Shown here piece by piece: positions 26,375 through 39,089 of a DNA stretch of 64,000 nt; position 1 is the first letter of the stretch, and each line of letters begins with the position of its first letter. The translations under genes were made by a program, and so were the position numbers. Under the pieces are notes generated by a model. It saw nothing but the letters and a program-made list of their open reading frames with translations, did not search any database and was not told where the DNA came from. The stretch is from NCBI RefSeq assembly GCF_006345805.1, contig NC_043001.1, forward strand, positions 78,988,001-79,052,000, given 5' to 3'. Source of the stretch: Octopus sinensis. Its lineage: Eukaryota.

Positions 26375-26430
26375 ATTTTGTTGAATTTTCTGCTGCTTAA
26401 AATAAAGTGTATATATATATATATATATAT

Positions 26431-26904
26431 AAATGAAAGAATGGAGTCGAACGACGATTTTAACAAAATTCCATTACTCTCGACACATGTTTCCAAGGCT
26501 GCATATTCCTAATTCCGAAGGAATAAAGGGTGCATAATAATATTACTCATTATTACTGTGGACATCATGTGGGTAGTCATTTAAAAGTTTTTGCTCTGCA
26601 TAGTGCTGACATAAGTTCCTTGTCTTTCCTGATGAGATGGCGGCATAATTTACCCTTTATTCCTTCGGAATTAGGAATATGCAGCCTTCGAAACATGTGT
26701 CGAGAATAAAGGAATTTTGTTAAAATCGTCGTTCGACTCCATTCTTTCATTTATTCATAGTTAAAAAAAACACAGAAATTTACACACGAGAACACGGGAT
26801 CCCTGCCATTGGCATATAGCTTCAACCGTGTTTTCTGACGTGAAATTGCTACACAGGTATCGGTTAACCAAATTATCCATACTAGGATAATTCATTCACC
26901 TTCT

Positions 26905-26905
<1 letters not shown>
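26431..26905 (+). mobile_element. Second PLE-like pseudo-LTR with partial inverted copy
   Basis: 26431-26531 is the inverted repeat of 26652-26752. The unit contains a hammerhead and AATAAA and is bounded by (TA)n. Confidence 0.7.
26616..26714 (+). ncRNA. Type I hammerhead ribozyme with extended stem II
   Basis: UUCCUUGUCUUUC-CUGAUGA-GAUGGCGGCAUA...UAUGCAGCCUUC-GAAA-CAUGUG-UC-GAGAAUAAAGGAA. Stem I is 4 bp + 3x3 internal loop + 6 bp; GUC triplet; predicted cleavage after 26701. Confidence 0.85.
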
Positions 26906-26974
<69 letters not shown>

Positions 26975-26979
26975 TGTAG

Positions 26980-26993
26980 ATAGATTAATAGAT

Positions 26994-27059
<66 letters not shown>

Positions 27060-27060
27060 T

Positions 27061-27145
<85 letters not shown>

Positions 27146-27150
27146 GGATA
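26980..27150. repeat. (GATA)n microsatellite
   Basis: Directly visible. Confidence 0.97.
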
Positions 27151-27529
27151 TAAAGTGTGTGTGAACGTGTAACTAGTTGTTAATTCTCATTCTAGAACAA
27201 ACACTATCAGACGATTGTAAAGTTCATGTATGCTCAGTGCCGGCAACTCTTTGTTCATTTACCTAACCCCCTTAGACACTTCAATCCCCTTTTAATCTAA
27301 AAATATCCGCGGAATTTTTGCTGAGGTTAAGGGAACATATTTGTTCCCTTTCTATCCTTTCAATTTGCACTCATTCGTCACGGCAGATTGGGAATGGAAT
27401 GTATCGGCCAATGAAAAACGCAAAAAGTAAAAAGAAAAAACAATAACAACGACAGATAAAAAACAAAACACAAAGGCAATCTATGCGTAATACAGAAGAA
27501 TATCAGTGACATATGTCTATTTGGAGATT

Positions 27530-27792
27530 TTTATTATTATTTATCCGATACTGGGGCGCCACCTTGTAGAGTTTTGCCATAGAAGTTGATCCCAGCGCTT
27601 ATCTTTTATTTATGTGATAGGTATTTTATCGTTCTTTTGTGTCTGAGTCGCTAGTTTACTGGTACGTAAATACACTAATACCAGTTGGCTACCAGTGAGC
27701 GTGGTGCAAAAATCTAACACACAAACGTGCATGCATGTAACACACACACACACACATATATATACATACATACATACATACATACACACATA

Positions 27793-27825
<33 letters not shown>

Positions 27826-27940
27826 TATATATTAATATATATATATAAAATAAACTATTAATAGTTATCAATGCAGTATTTATATATATAGATATACATA
27901 TAAGTATATCTTTCTATCTATCTATCTATCTATCTATCTA

Positions 27941-28002
<62 letters not shown>

Positions 28003-28252
28003 ATATAGAGAGAGAGAGAGGAGAGAGAGAGAGTTAATAGATAGATAGATATATGTAGATATATATATGTATATGTATGTGTCTATAGATGTGTACGAAA
28101 TACACTTACAAGGCAATTAGTCAGACCGGACTATAGTAGAAGGCATTTGTCCCAACCAAGGCCCAAGGTGCCGTGCTGTGAGACTGAACTCAAAATCATG
28201 CGGCGGCTGCATTATTTTGAAAGTGATCTAACCACGTCGCCGTGCTTCCGCT
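27530..28252 (-). mobile_element. SINE family B with greatly expanded internal microsatellite
   Basis: 3' body at ~27530-27690 and head at ~28125-28252 (CCCAAGGTGCCGTGCTGTGAGACTGAAC), separated by mixed (CA)/(TA)/(TC)/(GA) tracts. Confidence 0.65.
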
Positions 28253-28762
28253 CATGAAATAATTGTGAAGTATTTTTGTTTCACTACTACTCTCACTCAC
28301 GCGACCAGATGCTTGAATTTAATAAACTTGAAAGACATGACTCACCTTACATTTACTCAACTACAAAAGAGCAAAGTTGGTAATAATCATCCTCATTTAG
28401 TACCGAGCCACGTGCCAGTTCAAAGCCAAGCACGTCTGCTCTACGTCATTCCTTATTAATTTATTTTCAATAGCTGTGAATGATTAAATTGTTAAATCTC
28501 CAGACTACAATATATTATTATTGTATTTAGTTTTCTGATTTCATTGAGGTTTAATCATGCCAAGGTCGACTTGAGGTTTTTTTTTAGTGCAATAAAATAA
28601 GTACCACGCAATTTTTACGATTGATGTCAACCTTAATTTTCTCCCGCCGAAGTGTTTTTTGTTCTTACTTTCGCTCTTGTTAGAAATATTTACTTTTCTC
28701 ATGATATATTATTATTATTATTAATATTATTTTTATTTTTATTATTACTATTATTATTATTA

Positions 28763-28827
<65 letters not shown>

Positions 28828-28948
28828 CAATGATGAATGATAATAATAAGCCCCCCGTTTTTTAGTGGTACTTAATTTATCGACCCCTAAAGGATAAAAG
28901 TCGACCCGGCAGAATTTATTAATAACAACAACAACAACAACAATAATA

Positions 28949-29009
<61 letters not shown>

Positions 29010-29222
29010 CCTTTGTACTGTATTCACAAGGCCTAGATTTCGATGGAAGGGGTACAATCGATCAAATCGACCACAGTACTCAACTGGTACTTAATTTCTC
29101 GACTCCGAAATTATGAAAGGTAAAGCTTTCCTGGACCGAATTAGAACTCAGAACGTAGCATCGGGTGAAATTTTACCCGGCATGCTAACTATCCTGCCAG
29201 CTCCAAGAATATTATTATTATT

Positions 29223-29268
<46 letters not shown>

Positions 29269-29500
29269 TATATATATATATTATTGGTCTCAGATTTTAG
29301 CCAAAGGCCAGGAGTTTCGGAGGAGGGTTAAGTCGATTACATCAACGCTACTGCTCTACTGGTACATATTTTATCGAACCCGAAATGATGAAAGGCAAAG
29401 TTGATCTCGACCGAATTCATACTCAGAACTTAAGGACGGACGAAACGACGATAAGCATTTTACCCGGTATGCTAACGAATCTGCCAACTGGCCGATTTAA
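29010..29500 (-). mobile_element. Two SINE family A copies separated by (AAT)n
   Basis: Family A motifs at ~29010-29205 and ~29284-29500. Confidence 0.8.
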
Positions 29501-30529
29501 TATCCGCTATTATAACAAGAAGACAAACTGCTTGTGAAGGAAATGAAATGTCCACCGAAAAGTAGTATACGGATATTTTTTCAGTAATACACGGTTATTA
29601 TTAATTCTAATTATTGTATATATCCATAAGATATGAAGGAGAGGCTTGTTAACATAGGCTACGTATATATTATTATTAATTAGATGATTCAGCTTATAAC
29701 AATGCATTTGTAGTGGAATGCACTCTATTGCAACACCACCTACTACTATTAATAATAATTATTATTTCTACTAAAGGCACAAAGCTTGAAATTTGGGTGT
29801 AGGGGCCGAGTCGATTACATTGACCTCAGTGTTTCACTAGTACTTAATTTATCGACACCGAAAGGATAAAAATGAAAGTCGACCTTGAATACAGGTTGTT
29901 TAAGGATGTTGCTCAAAACACCCATGCTTCCAACGGAGAATTATTCAAGCCCCAAAGAATTTCCTCCCACATATGGCTATAATGTTCTCCCACTACTCTT
30001 GTTAATGATCAGGGATCCATATTTCGTCAGTCACAAAGGTACGTGCTCAATTGGTTAAGGTCAAACAACTGACAAACAAGTTTGTGGTATTACCCATTTT
30101 TCTACCAAGATAAAACTTGCACATTATAACACTTCGAGTCAGTTAAGATTTGAAGCCATAAGAGCAAGTAACTGAGCATTTATTATTATTAATCTTTACT
30201 TTTAAACTGCATGTTTGATACAATCACTCGCTGGAGACACACCCAGCATTCTAGAGCTAGAGAAGGATAAGATATGTTACAACATGACTAAAATCTAGGG
30301 AGGGAAAGTTGTAGGGGCAGTAGCGAAATACCATCATTTAATACAACACATACATTTAAATTGACAGGGTTTTTCTAAGGATGTGGGCAGTACTTGTCAC
30401 CTCAATATTTTGGAGTTCTCTAAGACATCGTTCACCTGGGATATTATCTAGATGTTTCTGGCATCCCTTTCTTATCTTGCGTAAGGCACCCCCAATAACA
30501 GGAACAGTTCTCGGTTTAAGATGCAGCAT

Positions 30530-31099
30530 GCCCTGATGCAGTACCAGGCAGTGGCTCTCATGGCTTCTGATCTTAACTGATTGGAAGTGTTATCATGTAC
30601 ATTGTTTTGTCTTGGTATAAAAGATGGGCTACAGCAAATATTCTGCTCAATACCACAGATTTGCTTGTCAGTTGTTTGACCTTAACCAGTTGAGCACGTC
30701 CCTTAGTGGCTGACGATATGTGCATCTCTGATCACGAGCAGAAGTAGTGGGGGATCATCATAGCCATGTGTTGAGAGGGATGCTTTGGGGTTTGAATAGT
30801 TCACCTCTGGAACATTGGGTGGTTCTTTCAAAATCCTTAAACAACCCTTATTCGGGGACAATTTGAGCGGGATGGGCTACTCAACCTGAAGAAAATTCAA
30901 ACTGGGCCCCACCTGCAAGATCATGTGCTGTTTTCTTGATATGAGATCACCATGTCGCGCACATATGGTTGTGATGCATGTGCCTGGTGTACCTTTATCA
31001 GACGGGTAGTCATGATGGGTATATTGGGCTTCGTATATTACCCCAGTGTCACTTTGATGGCATGAACTGCTCTCTCACTCAATAATAATAATAATGATA
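30530..31099 (+). mobile_element. 5'-truncated 3' end of a (TAA)-tailed, probably Dong-like element
   Basis: Non-coding and ends CTCTCTCACTCAATAATAATAATAATG. The same terminus is at 18101 (-) and an older diverged copy is at ~31650-31945. Confidence 0.65.
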
Positions 31100-31640
31100 A
31101 AAATTTCATTATTCTCTGGAATTTTTCAGTCAACACCGACAGAGTGATCCAGGCTAATCGACCAGACATATTCATTAAAGACAGAGAAAAGAACACGTGT
31201 ACATTAATATATGTAAGTGTTCCTACAGATGAAAAATATTTGTAAAGGAATTTGACAAATTAAGTAAATATAAGGACGTGGGAACTGAAATACAAAAGAT
31301 GCTGCATCTTAAACCGAGAACTGTTCCTGTTATTGGGGGTGCCTTACGCAAGATAAGAAAGGGATGCCAGAAACATCTAGATAATATCCCAGGTGAACGA
31401 TGTCTTAGAGAACTCCAAAATATTGAGGTGACAAGTACTGCCCACATCCTTAGAAAAACCCTGTCAATTTAAATGTATGTGTTGTATTAAATGATGGTAT
31501 TTCGCTACTGCCCCTACAACTTTCCCTCCCTAGATTTTAGTCATGTTGTAACATATCTTATCCTTCTCTAGCTCTAGAATGCTGGGTGTATCTCCAGCGA
31601 GTGATTGTATCAAACATGCAGTTTAAAAGTAAAGATTAAT
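31100..31640 (+). mobile_element. R4/Dong-like REL endonuclease fragment with 3' UTR
   Basis: ILWNFSVNTDRVIQANRPDIFIKD...LIYVSVP; KEFDKLSKYKDVGTEIQKMLHLKPRTVPVIGGAL...TSTAHILRKTLSI* (ends 31472). (TAA)n at both ends. Confidence 0.88.
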
Positions 31641-32538
31641 AATAATAATGCTCAGTTACTGCTCTTATGGCTTCAAATCTTAACTGACTCGAAGTGTTAT
31701 AATGTGCAAGTTTTATCTTGGTAGAAAAAATGGGTAATACCACAAACTTGTTTGTCAGTTGTTTGACCTTAACCAATTGAGCACGTACCTTTGTGACTGA
31801 CGAAATATGGATCCCTGATCATTAACAAGAGTAGTGGGAGAACATTATAGCCATATGTGGGAGGAAATTTTTGGGGCTTGAATAATTCTCCGTTGGAAGC
31901 ATGGGTGTTTTGAGCAACATCCTTAAACAACCTGTATTCAAGGTCGACTTTCATTTTTATCCTTTCGGTGTCGATAAATTAAGTACTAGCGAAACACTGA
32001 GGTCAATGTAATCGACTCGGCCCCTACACCCAAATTTCAAGCCTTGTGCCTTTAGTAGAAATAATAATTATTATTAATAGTAGTAGGTGGTGTTGCAATA
32101 GAGTGCATTCCACTACAAATGCATTGTTATAAGCTGAATCATCTAATTAATAATAATATATACGTAACCTATGTTAACAAGCCTCTCCTTCATATCTTAT
32201 GGATATATACAATAATTAGAAATTAATAACCGTGTATTACTGAAAAAAATATCCGTATACTACTTTTCGGTGGACATTTCATTTCCTTCACAAGCAGTTT
32301 GTCTTCTTGTTATAATAGCGGATATTAAATCGGCCAGTTGGCAGATTCGTTAGCATACCGGGTAAAATGCTTATCGTCGTTTCGTCCGTCCTTAAGTTCT
32401 GAGTATGAATTCGGTCGAGATCAACTTTGCCTTTCATCATTTCGGGTTCGATAAAATATGTACCAGTAGAGCAGTAGCGTTGATGTAATCGACTTAACCC
32501 TCCTCCGAAACTCCTGGCCTTTGGCTAAAATCTGAGAC

Positions 32539-32576
<38 letters not shown>

Positions 32577-34380
32577 TATATATATATATATAATATATAT
32601 ATATATATATCGGTATTGATATAATTGATATATTCATTTATTTAGCAGTTAAGAATGGAACTAAAACGAATTTAGTAAATATTTTGTAGCGTATAGTTAT
32701 GTCCATTTATGGTCTAAGAAATAATAATGCTTTAAAATTTTATTACAAGGTCAGCGCTTATAGGTGGCGTTGTTAGTCGATTACATCGTCCCAAAAAGGA
32801 TGAAAGGTTGAATTGATCTTAGCAGGATTTGATCTCTGAGTGTAATCAATTTGAAGGAATGCCGCTAAGCCTTTTGGTCGGTGCACTGAAGATGCTGCCA
32901 TCTCGTTGCCTTATTATGATATATTGTAATTCTTTCTTTTATGAGCAAAAATATGAAATTTTGGAGGAGAGTAAGAAATGATCGTATCGATGGACGCAAT
33001 CAGGTGGATCTTTATCAAATACGAAAGGATGAAATTTCAAGTAGAGCTTGACAAAACTTTAATCCGGAACGTAAAACAAAAAAGAAATGTCAGTAAGTAT
33101 TTTGTCCGGCGTGCTAACATTTCTGGCAGCTCATTGTTTTATTCTGAGGTATAACAGTTCTAATAAACATCAACATTTCATTCATCAAGACGAAGTCATA
33201 AATATAGCAATAAAATATTTAGTAAAAGTTCATCGACTAAACCTGTCATGACCAGACCACCACCCGTGAGCAATGTGCGACTCGCAGGATTTTCTGAATA
33301 GCACGCCTAACGAAACTTACATTACATTATTTTTAGTAGCGCAGCCAGCTTAATGACGAGTCATGTTACATGCGACGTGCACCACGTAAACGTTTGTTTG
33401 CCGCGACCAAAGTATCGTTTAAATTTCTAAGTTTTCCTTAATCTTACCAGCTCGTATTCGAAGCCATTAATTCTCTAAAGTTTCAAAGAAAGTATGCAGA
33501 AATCATGTAAATACATCTGAAAATATATTCTTAGTTACATGAGTCACATGAAATTGCCTATAGAGTTAACCGAATATATTTGCCTTGCCTTATTATTGAG
33601 AATCTTTCTTCTGAAACTTCTGTAATGAATCCTGAAATTATTCTGCATAAAACAGTGATATCTTCACTATTAGATTTACAGGACTAAGAAAATATTTCTT
33701 AGCATTTACACTGAGTGACTGGAAGCCGATTTAATGGATTATTAGACAAAAGAACAGCAACAAAAAAAAAGTATTTGCTGTTTTACGTATCCCATCTTCG
33801 GCGCTTCAGAAAGCCTCCAAATGTGTATATTCTGATAAACCATTGATGGATTATTCACAGCTGAAAGGAGACATATTGAAAGTTGTAGAATGTTACGTTA
33901 TCTTGAAATGCAGATTTTATGTGCTTTTCCCGTGAAGTTCAATTCGGACCCGAACACTAACAGCGTAGATTCCCTAAGTATTTGATATGCTAATATGGCG
34001 GCAAAGTCTCGATCAAATTTCAGACGCTCGATTACAATTGAAGTAAAAATTGAATAACATAGTTCCTCCATTATATCAATCAAACTGTTTGTCTTGGACG
34101 TCTTTTCTTCATAATTCTGCTCAGTTATGGTAGGTGTGGAATTAAAAAAGAAACACAAAAAAACAATGTGGGATCCTATTCAATTCTGTATGCAAGAACG
34201 CTGATAGCACCTCCATATCCACTCTGCTACTATTAATACTTATTTTACTATTATTGAGCAAAGGGGAGGTGGTTGTACACGACTACCCAGCCTACAAAAA
34301 ATAGGAGCCAAATCTCTTTCAAATCACATGCTACCGTCTTAAACATGGAAAGATAAATAGGAATTATATACTTCTATGTG

Positions 34381-34703
34381 AAGGCGCGTGGCTTAGTGGT
34401 TATGGGCATTCAGCTCATGATCGCAAGGTCGTGAGTTCAATTCCGGCGGTGCGTTGTGTCCTGGGGCAAGACACTTTATTTCCCGTTGCTCCAGTCCACT
34501 CAGCTGGCAAAAATGAATAATACCTGTATTTCAAAGGGCCAGCCTTATCATAGTCTGCGTCGCGCTGAATCTCCCCGAGAACTACATTAAGGGTACACGT
34601 GTTTGTGGAGTGTTCAGCAACTTACACGTTAATTTCACGAGCAAGCTGTTCCGTTGATCGTATCAGCTGGGATCCTCGTCGTCGCAACCGACGGAGTGCT
34701 CCT
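34381..34703 (+). mobile_element. tRNA-derived SINE family C
   Basis: A-box TGGCTTAGTGG, B-box GAGTTCAATTCC, central TGTGTCCTGGGGCAAGACACTT (CORE/V-domain-like); 3' tail shared with 47125-47502. Confidence 0.85.
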
Positions 34704-34719
34704 TATACTTCTATATCGG

Positions 34720-34925
34720 TGCAAGCGTGATTGCGTTGTAAGAAGCTTGCTTCCCAGCAACATGGTTCCAGGTTCAGTTCCACTGCGTGGCAGCTTGGGC
34801 AAGTGAAATCTACCATAGCTCCGGCCTGACCAGGCCTTGTGGGTGGAATTGGTAGACGGAAACTGAAACAAACTCGTCATGTATATGTATATATATATAT
34901 ATAATATCTATATATATATATTATA

Positions 34926-34973
<48 letters not shown>

Positions 34974-35225
34974 GTGTGTGTGTGTGTGTGTTCGTCTTTG
35001 TGCTTGTCTTTGTGCTTGTCTTTGTCCTCCAGTACCACATGACAACCGGTGTTTGGGTGTTTACGTCCCCGCAAGTTAGCTGTTCGGCAAAACAGACATA
35101 TAAGATATGTTCTAGGCTTTTAAAAAATAAGTCCTGGGGTCGACTCGTTCGACTACAGACCCTCCAAATCGGCGCTCCAGCCTGGTCGCGATCAAATGAC
35201 TGCAAGAAGTAAAAGAAATTAAAAA
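34720..35225 (+). mobile_element. SINE family B with internal (TA)/(TG)
   Basis: AAGAAGCTTGCTTCCCAGCAACATGG head and AATAAGTCCTGGGGTCGAC 3' body. Confidence 0.85.
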
Positions 35226-38211
35226 ATAACGAAAGAATTTGCAATCACGAAGAAAACGAAGGGATTGTTATGACAGGACGTGTCTGATCATAGTTCTGGT
35301 CGATCATCTTTCAGCAACAATTAAATACCAACGACATTAAAGCATGCATTCTAGATTCGACTAGAAATGATTGACTCCTTTTATTTAATCACATCATAAT
35401 TACTTTCCTATTAATCAATAAAATTACTCGATCAGTTGATTCAATCTGAAGATGTATAGAATTTGTTGTATAAAATGTTCCTAGTTCATTGCCTTTGCCA
35501 TAAAACAACGTTCCATGTCTGTTATGTCATCAATCTCATGGCTTTGTTTGTAATCAGCTTAATCCAGATTGAGCAGGACGATGATGATCACCTCGCATTT
35601 CCAAAGGGAACCATTCCATCTTTCTCTATAGCTAGATAACTTGAGCCGCATTTTCAAATTCTTGTTAGTTCTTATAACGACTATTCTTACTTGTTTCTTT
35701 TTTAGAGGCGATAAGATATTCTCGGAGAGATATTCGCTAAGCTGTCTCTTGTGAGTTGTACGTCAACGTAAGATTCCTTCTTTGATTGGCTGGAGTTTAA
35801 TTATTGAAATTTACAGACAACTCCCTTTATCCTGTAATGATACTTAAAAACGAGCAGAAATTTAATATCTGAAACTAAGGACAGTGTGTTTCAATTTGAA
35901 TAACATATGTCCGCTTGAATATGTGTTGTAGTGTTGTTGCCGAAGTCCCTATAAAATCAGAGATATTATGCATGAAATCCCATAGAGAAATCTTTATTAA
36001 AATGACTAAGTACAGGGTGAGGCAGAAAAACGTTCCATCATTGCCCAATGCCAAGTGAAGTGAGGCGCCTTCTAATGGTGCTTTCCTGTAGCTAATAATT
36101 TATCGTTTTGTTTAGTTGCCATTAGAGTTTGGTCTTCTGTATTCTCTGCTTTTACAGATGGAACGTTTATTGAGAGCAGCAAATCTGGAAATTTCTTCTA
36201 TTGCATTCTGTATACATAATTTCCATTATTTTGTTTCTACAATTTTATCTGTCATATAGCATTTAAAAAATTTATGATTTTTAAAGTTTCTCTCTCTCAC
36301 TCTTTCTGTTTCTCCCTCTTTCCCTCCATTTCTCTTAGGAGCCCATCTCGTCATTATGCCTCTCATGCAATATCAGATTCGAAATAGGAATCTCACATGA
36401 TCTTACAACAGAAATTTTCAATCGCAAAACGAGTAAATGATGACACGATGTGTATCTGCATTGAATATCACAATCCCTGTGGTTCTTCAGAGTAGGTTTT
36501 TTGGTAAAGAATAGAAACAAAAATTCCTTTCGTGTAAACTTTAGTAGTTATTTTCTACCATCTTGCTCTATTCACATAACATTGTTGACAATTCATTCGA
36601 CATCCAATTCCTGGCAAACATTTGTCTCACTTTAAAAAAAAAAATGTATCAAAATTATTTGTTCATGCACACCTATAGCCAGTGTTCTTATTTCTTACTT
36701 TACTCTTCTACATTTCAGCTTATCCGATTTTTCTTCTCGAGTTGCGTATTCTGTTTACCTGAAAAACAAAAAATAAATGCATTCAATTTGTTTCTAGTTC
36801 TTCCTCTTCTCAGGTATCTTTGTTTATAATCCTTTACTACTTCAATACATTCCGCGATTTATCTTCATTGCTGCACATATAAACCTTTCCTAACTTTTCC
36901 AAACACAGTTTTCTATTATTCTGCTAGTTAAGTATACAGCCTCATAAACAGAGCAACCATCTACATCCACCTTCTCATTGTATATACTATATTCCAATAC
37001 TTCTTCGTGGATATAACCTATTGAGTAAAGTTAAAAACGTTCATCTGTATATATCCATTCCATTAAATCTTTTTCCTGAAATCCTCTCATACCTCAGAGC
37101 TCTGGGTTTTCTTTTAGGATGAACAAACATAAGTGTTTCGCTTGGAGTTAGTACACTAGAAACGCATGCAAACAAAATTCAGATGTTCATCATACTTTAC
37201 TTATACGCATACACACGTTCATACTTAAACAGAGAGATAGACAGATAGATAGATAGACACAAACAGACATGTAGACAGACATACAGACAGATAGACAGAC
37301 ATATAGAAATATAGCTAGATAGATAGATAAATAGATAGATAGACAAATAGATAGAAAGACAGATATAGATAGATAAACAGACTAACAGACAGACAGACAG
37401 CCAGATAGACATATAGATAGATAATACATACATACATACGTACATCTATGCACACACTCACACATAAATATGCACACACGCACACGCACAAATACACACA
37501 CAGTAAAAGAACGTGACTTAGCGGTTAGAGAGTTTGCATCATGATCATGAGACGGTAAGTTTGATTCTTGGAGTAGGGGCGGCGTTGCAGGCAAGATCCT
37601 TCACTTCATCTTGCAACAAATGAACACCACCGCTTTTACTGTCACATGGTATTTTGTCTTCAGGTCTCAGTATAAGAAATTGCATGACAATGACTGGTAT
37701 AAGTCTGCTCACGCGAACGAAATCCTCTAAGACAATTAGAGGTTTTTCAGTGCATGCTAGAAATGCACACTATATTGCGATTGATGAACGTACTTGTTTT
37801 ATACACTTATGCATATACATACACGCAAAAACACTCAAAATAAACACATACACACACACACACACTTACACGCATATACTGTAGTGTATTGGGCTCTGGA
37901 GCAGCTGATCTTTTGTACTTTATGGATGAGACACGTTCCACTAGTTGAGATATAAATATCATGTCCACAGCTGCTGCATGCAGAACTGCAGCTGATGATA
38001 CACACCATATTGTCTGAAGCCATGACCGTTATCGAATCTGAATCCTCGACATTGAACAGGTGTGATCGCTGTTCCGTTTATGAGATGCGTTTTACCACAG
38101 CTTGTTTCTTTTGAGCCGGGACCCAAGAATGACATCAGCAATGTTTGCCAGTGCCAGAAGGGAGAATTGCTGGTTTGTCAGCAAAGCTCGAAGTACGTTT
38201 AGGTTTTCAAG

Positions 38212-38439
38212 CTTGAGGTTTTCAAACTTTTTGGGCCACCACCCTCTTCATGGTCACAACGCCCCACCCCTATTTTTACAGATACATTTTTTACATTATT
38301 TATATTATTTACATTTGACGGAAATTTGGTCCTCATCTTGTTTGTTGTTAACACGTTTCGTCTGATATACCCTCCAATCTTCATCAGGTGTCTTGGGGAA
38401 ATTTTCAACCTGGTTTCTCATTCCTAAGGTATTTTTCGA

Positions 38440-38483
<44 letters not shown>

Positions 38484-38504
38484 TATTATTATTATTATTA
38501 TTAC

Positions 38505-38540
<36 letters not shown>

Positions 38541-38549
38541 TACTACTAC

Positions 38550-38584
<35 letters not shown>

Positions 38585-38868
38585 TATTATTCAGGTCACT
38601 ACCTGGAATCGGACTTGGAATCTTGGGGCTAGTAGCACGCACTCTTAACCACTATGCCACATGCCCATGGCATTTGATATTTAATATAACATTATATAAT
38701 TTGTATACAATACTATAATGTTATTATAATAAATTCATAGCGTACCCCAATCCACTGCCTCCCTCCCAACGCCTCCTTTTTCTCTACCAACCCCTCAGGC
38801 ACCAGCGCCCACCTGGACCGTCTCAAAGCCCTCGAGGGGCGGTTGCGCCCACTTTGAGAAACTATGGT
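38212..38868. mobile_element. hAT/Charlie-like MITE interrupted by the tRNA-hammerhead element
   Basis: Left end GAGGTTTTCAAACTTTTTGG; right end CCACTTTGAGAAACTATG followed by GTCTAGAG, matching the Charlie/Buster target consensus NTCTAGAN. Confidence 0.5.
38281..38666 (-). mobile_element. Composite element: tRNA-like Pol III head + (AAT)n + hammerhead-like motif
   Basis: Sense: GGGCATGTGGCATAGTGGTTAAG (A-box)...AAGTCCGATTCC (degenerate B-box), (AAT)n at 38443-38590, then GACAC-CTGATGA-AGATTGGAGGGTATATCAGAC-GAAAC-GTGTT and an AATGTAAAT-repeat tail. Confidence 0.7.
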
Positions 38869-39089
38869 CTAGAGTAACAATCTTTGTGTACCTCCGTACG
38901 AATTTGTCCATTGTCCTATGATGGTTGATTTATAGCTGACTTATGGTTTATGGTTGACTTATAGATTTATATCGAACAGCTGCTATAGTACAGAATGGAT
39001 TTGGTTATTTGATGAATCCTTTATGAATATCATTCCGCTGTCATCCTTTGGCTTAGAGGGTATATGCCTCTTACTATTTTTATGGCTTT

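Larger units (their letters stand above)
25175..26407. mobile_element. Penelope-like element (PLE) remnant with inverted pseudo-LTRs
   Basis: 171-bp inverted repeats at 25246-25416 and 26237-26407, each carrying a hammerhead motif followed by AATAAA. A PLE RT fragment lies between them, and (TA)n flanks both ends. Confidence 0.85.
29281..32544. repeat. ~1.25-kb inverted duplication (arms 29281-30529 and 31299-32544, spacer 30530-31298)
   Basis: The arms are reverse complements wherever checked (e.g. TTATTGGTCTCAGATTTTAGCC / GGCTAAAATCTGAGACCAATAA), with a few substitutions and indels. Confidence 0.95.

Noticed and set aside
34381-34450. tRNA gene candidates (also 38591-38666, 39090, 47125)
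   Set aside because: A/B boxes are present but there is no complete cloverleaf or acceptor stem, and each continues into a SINE body.
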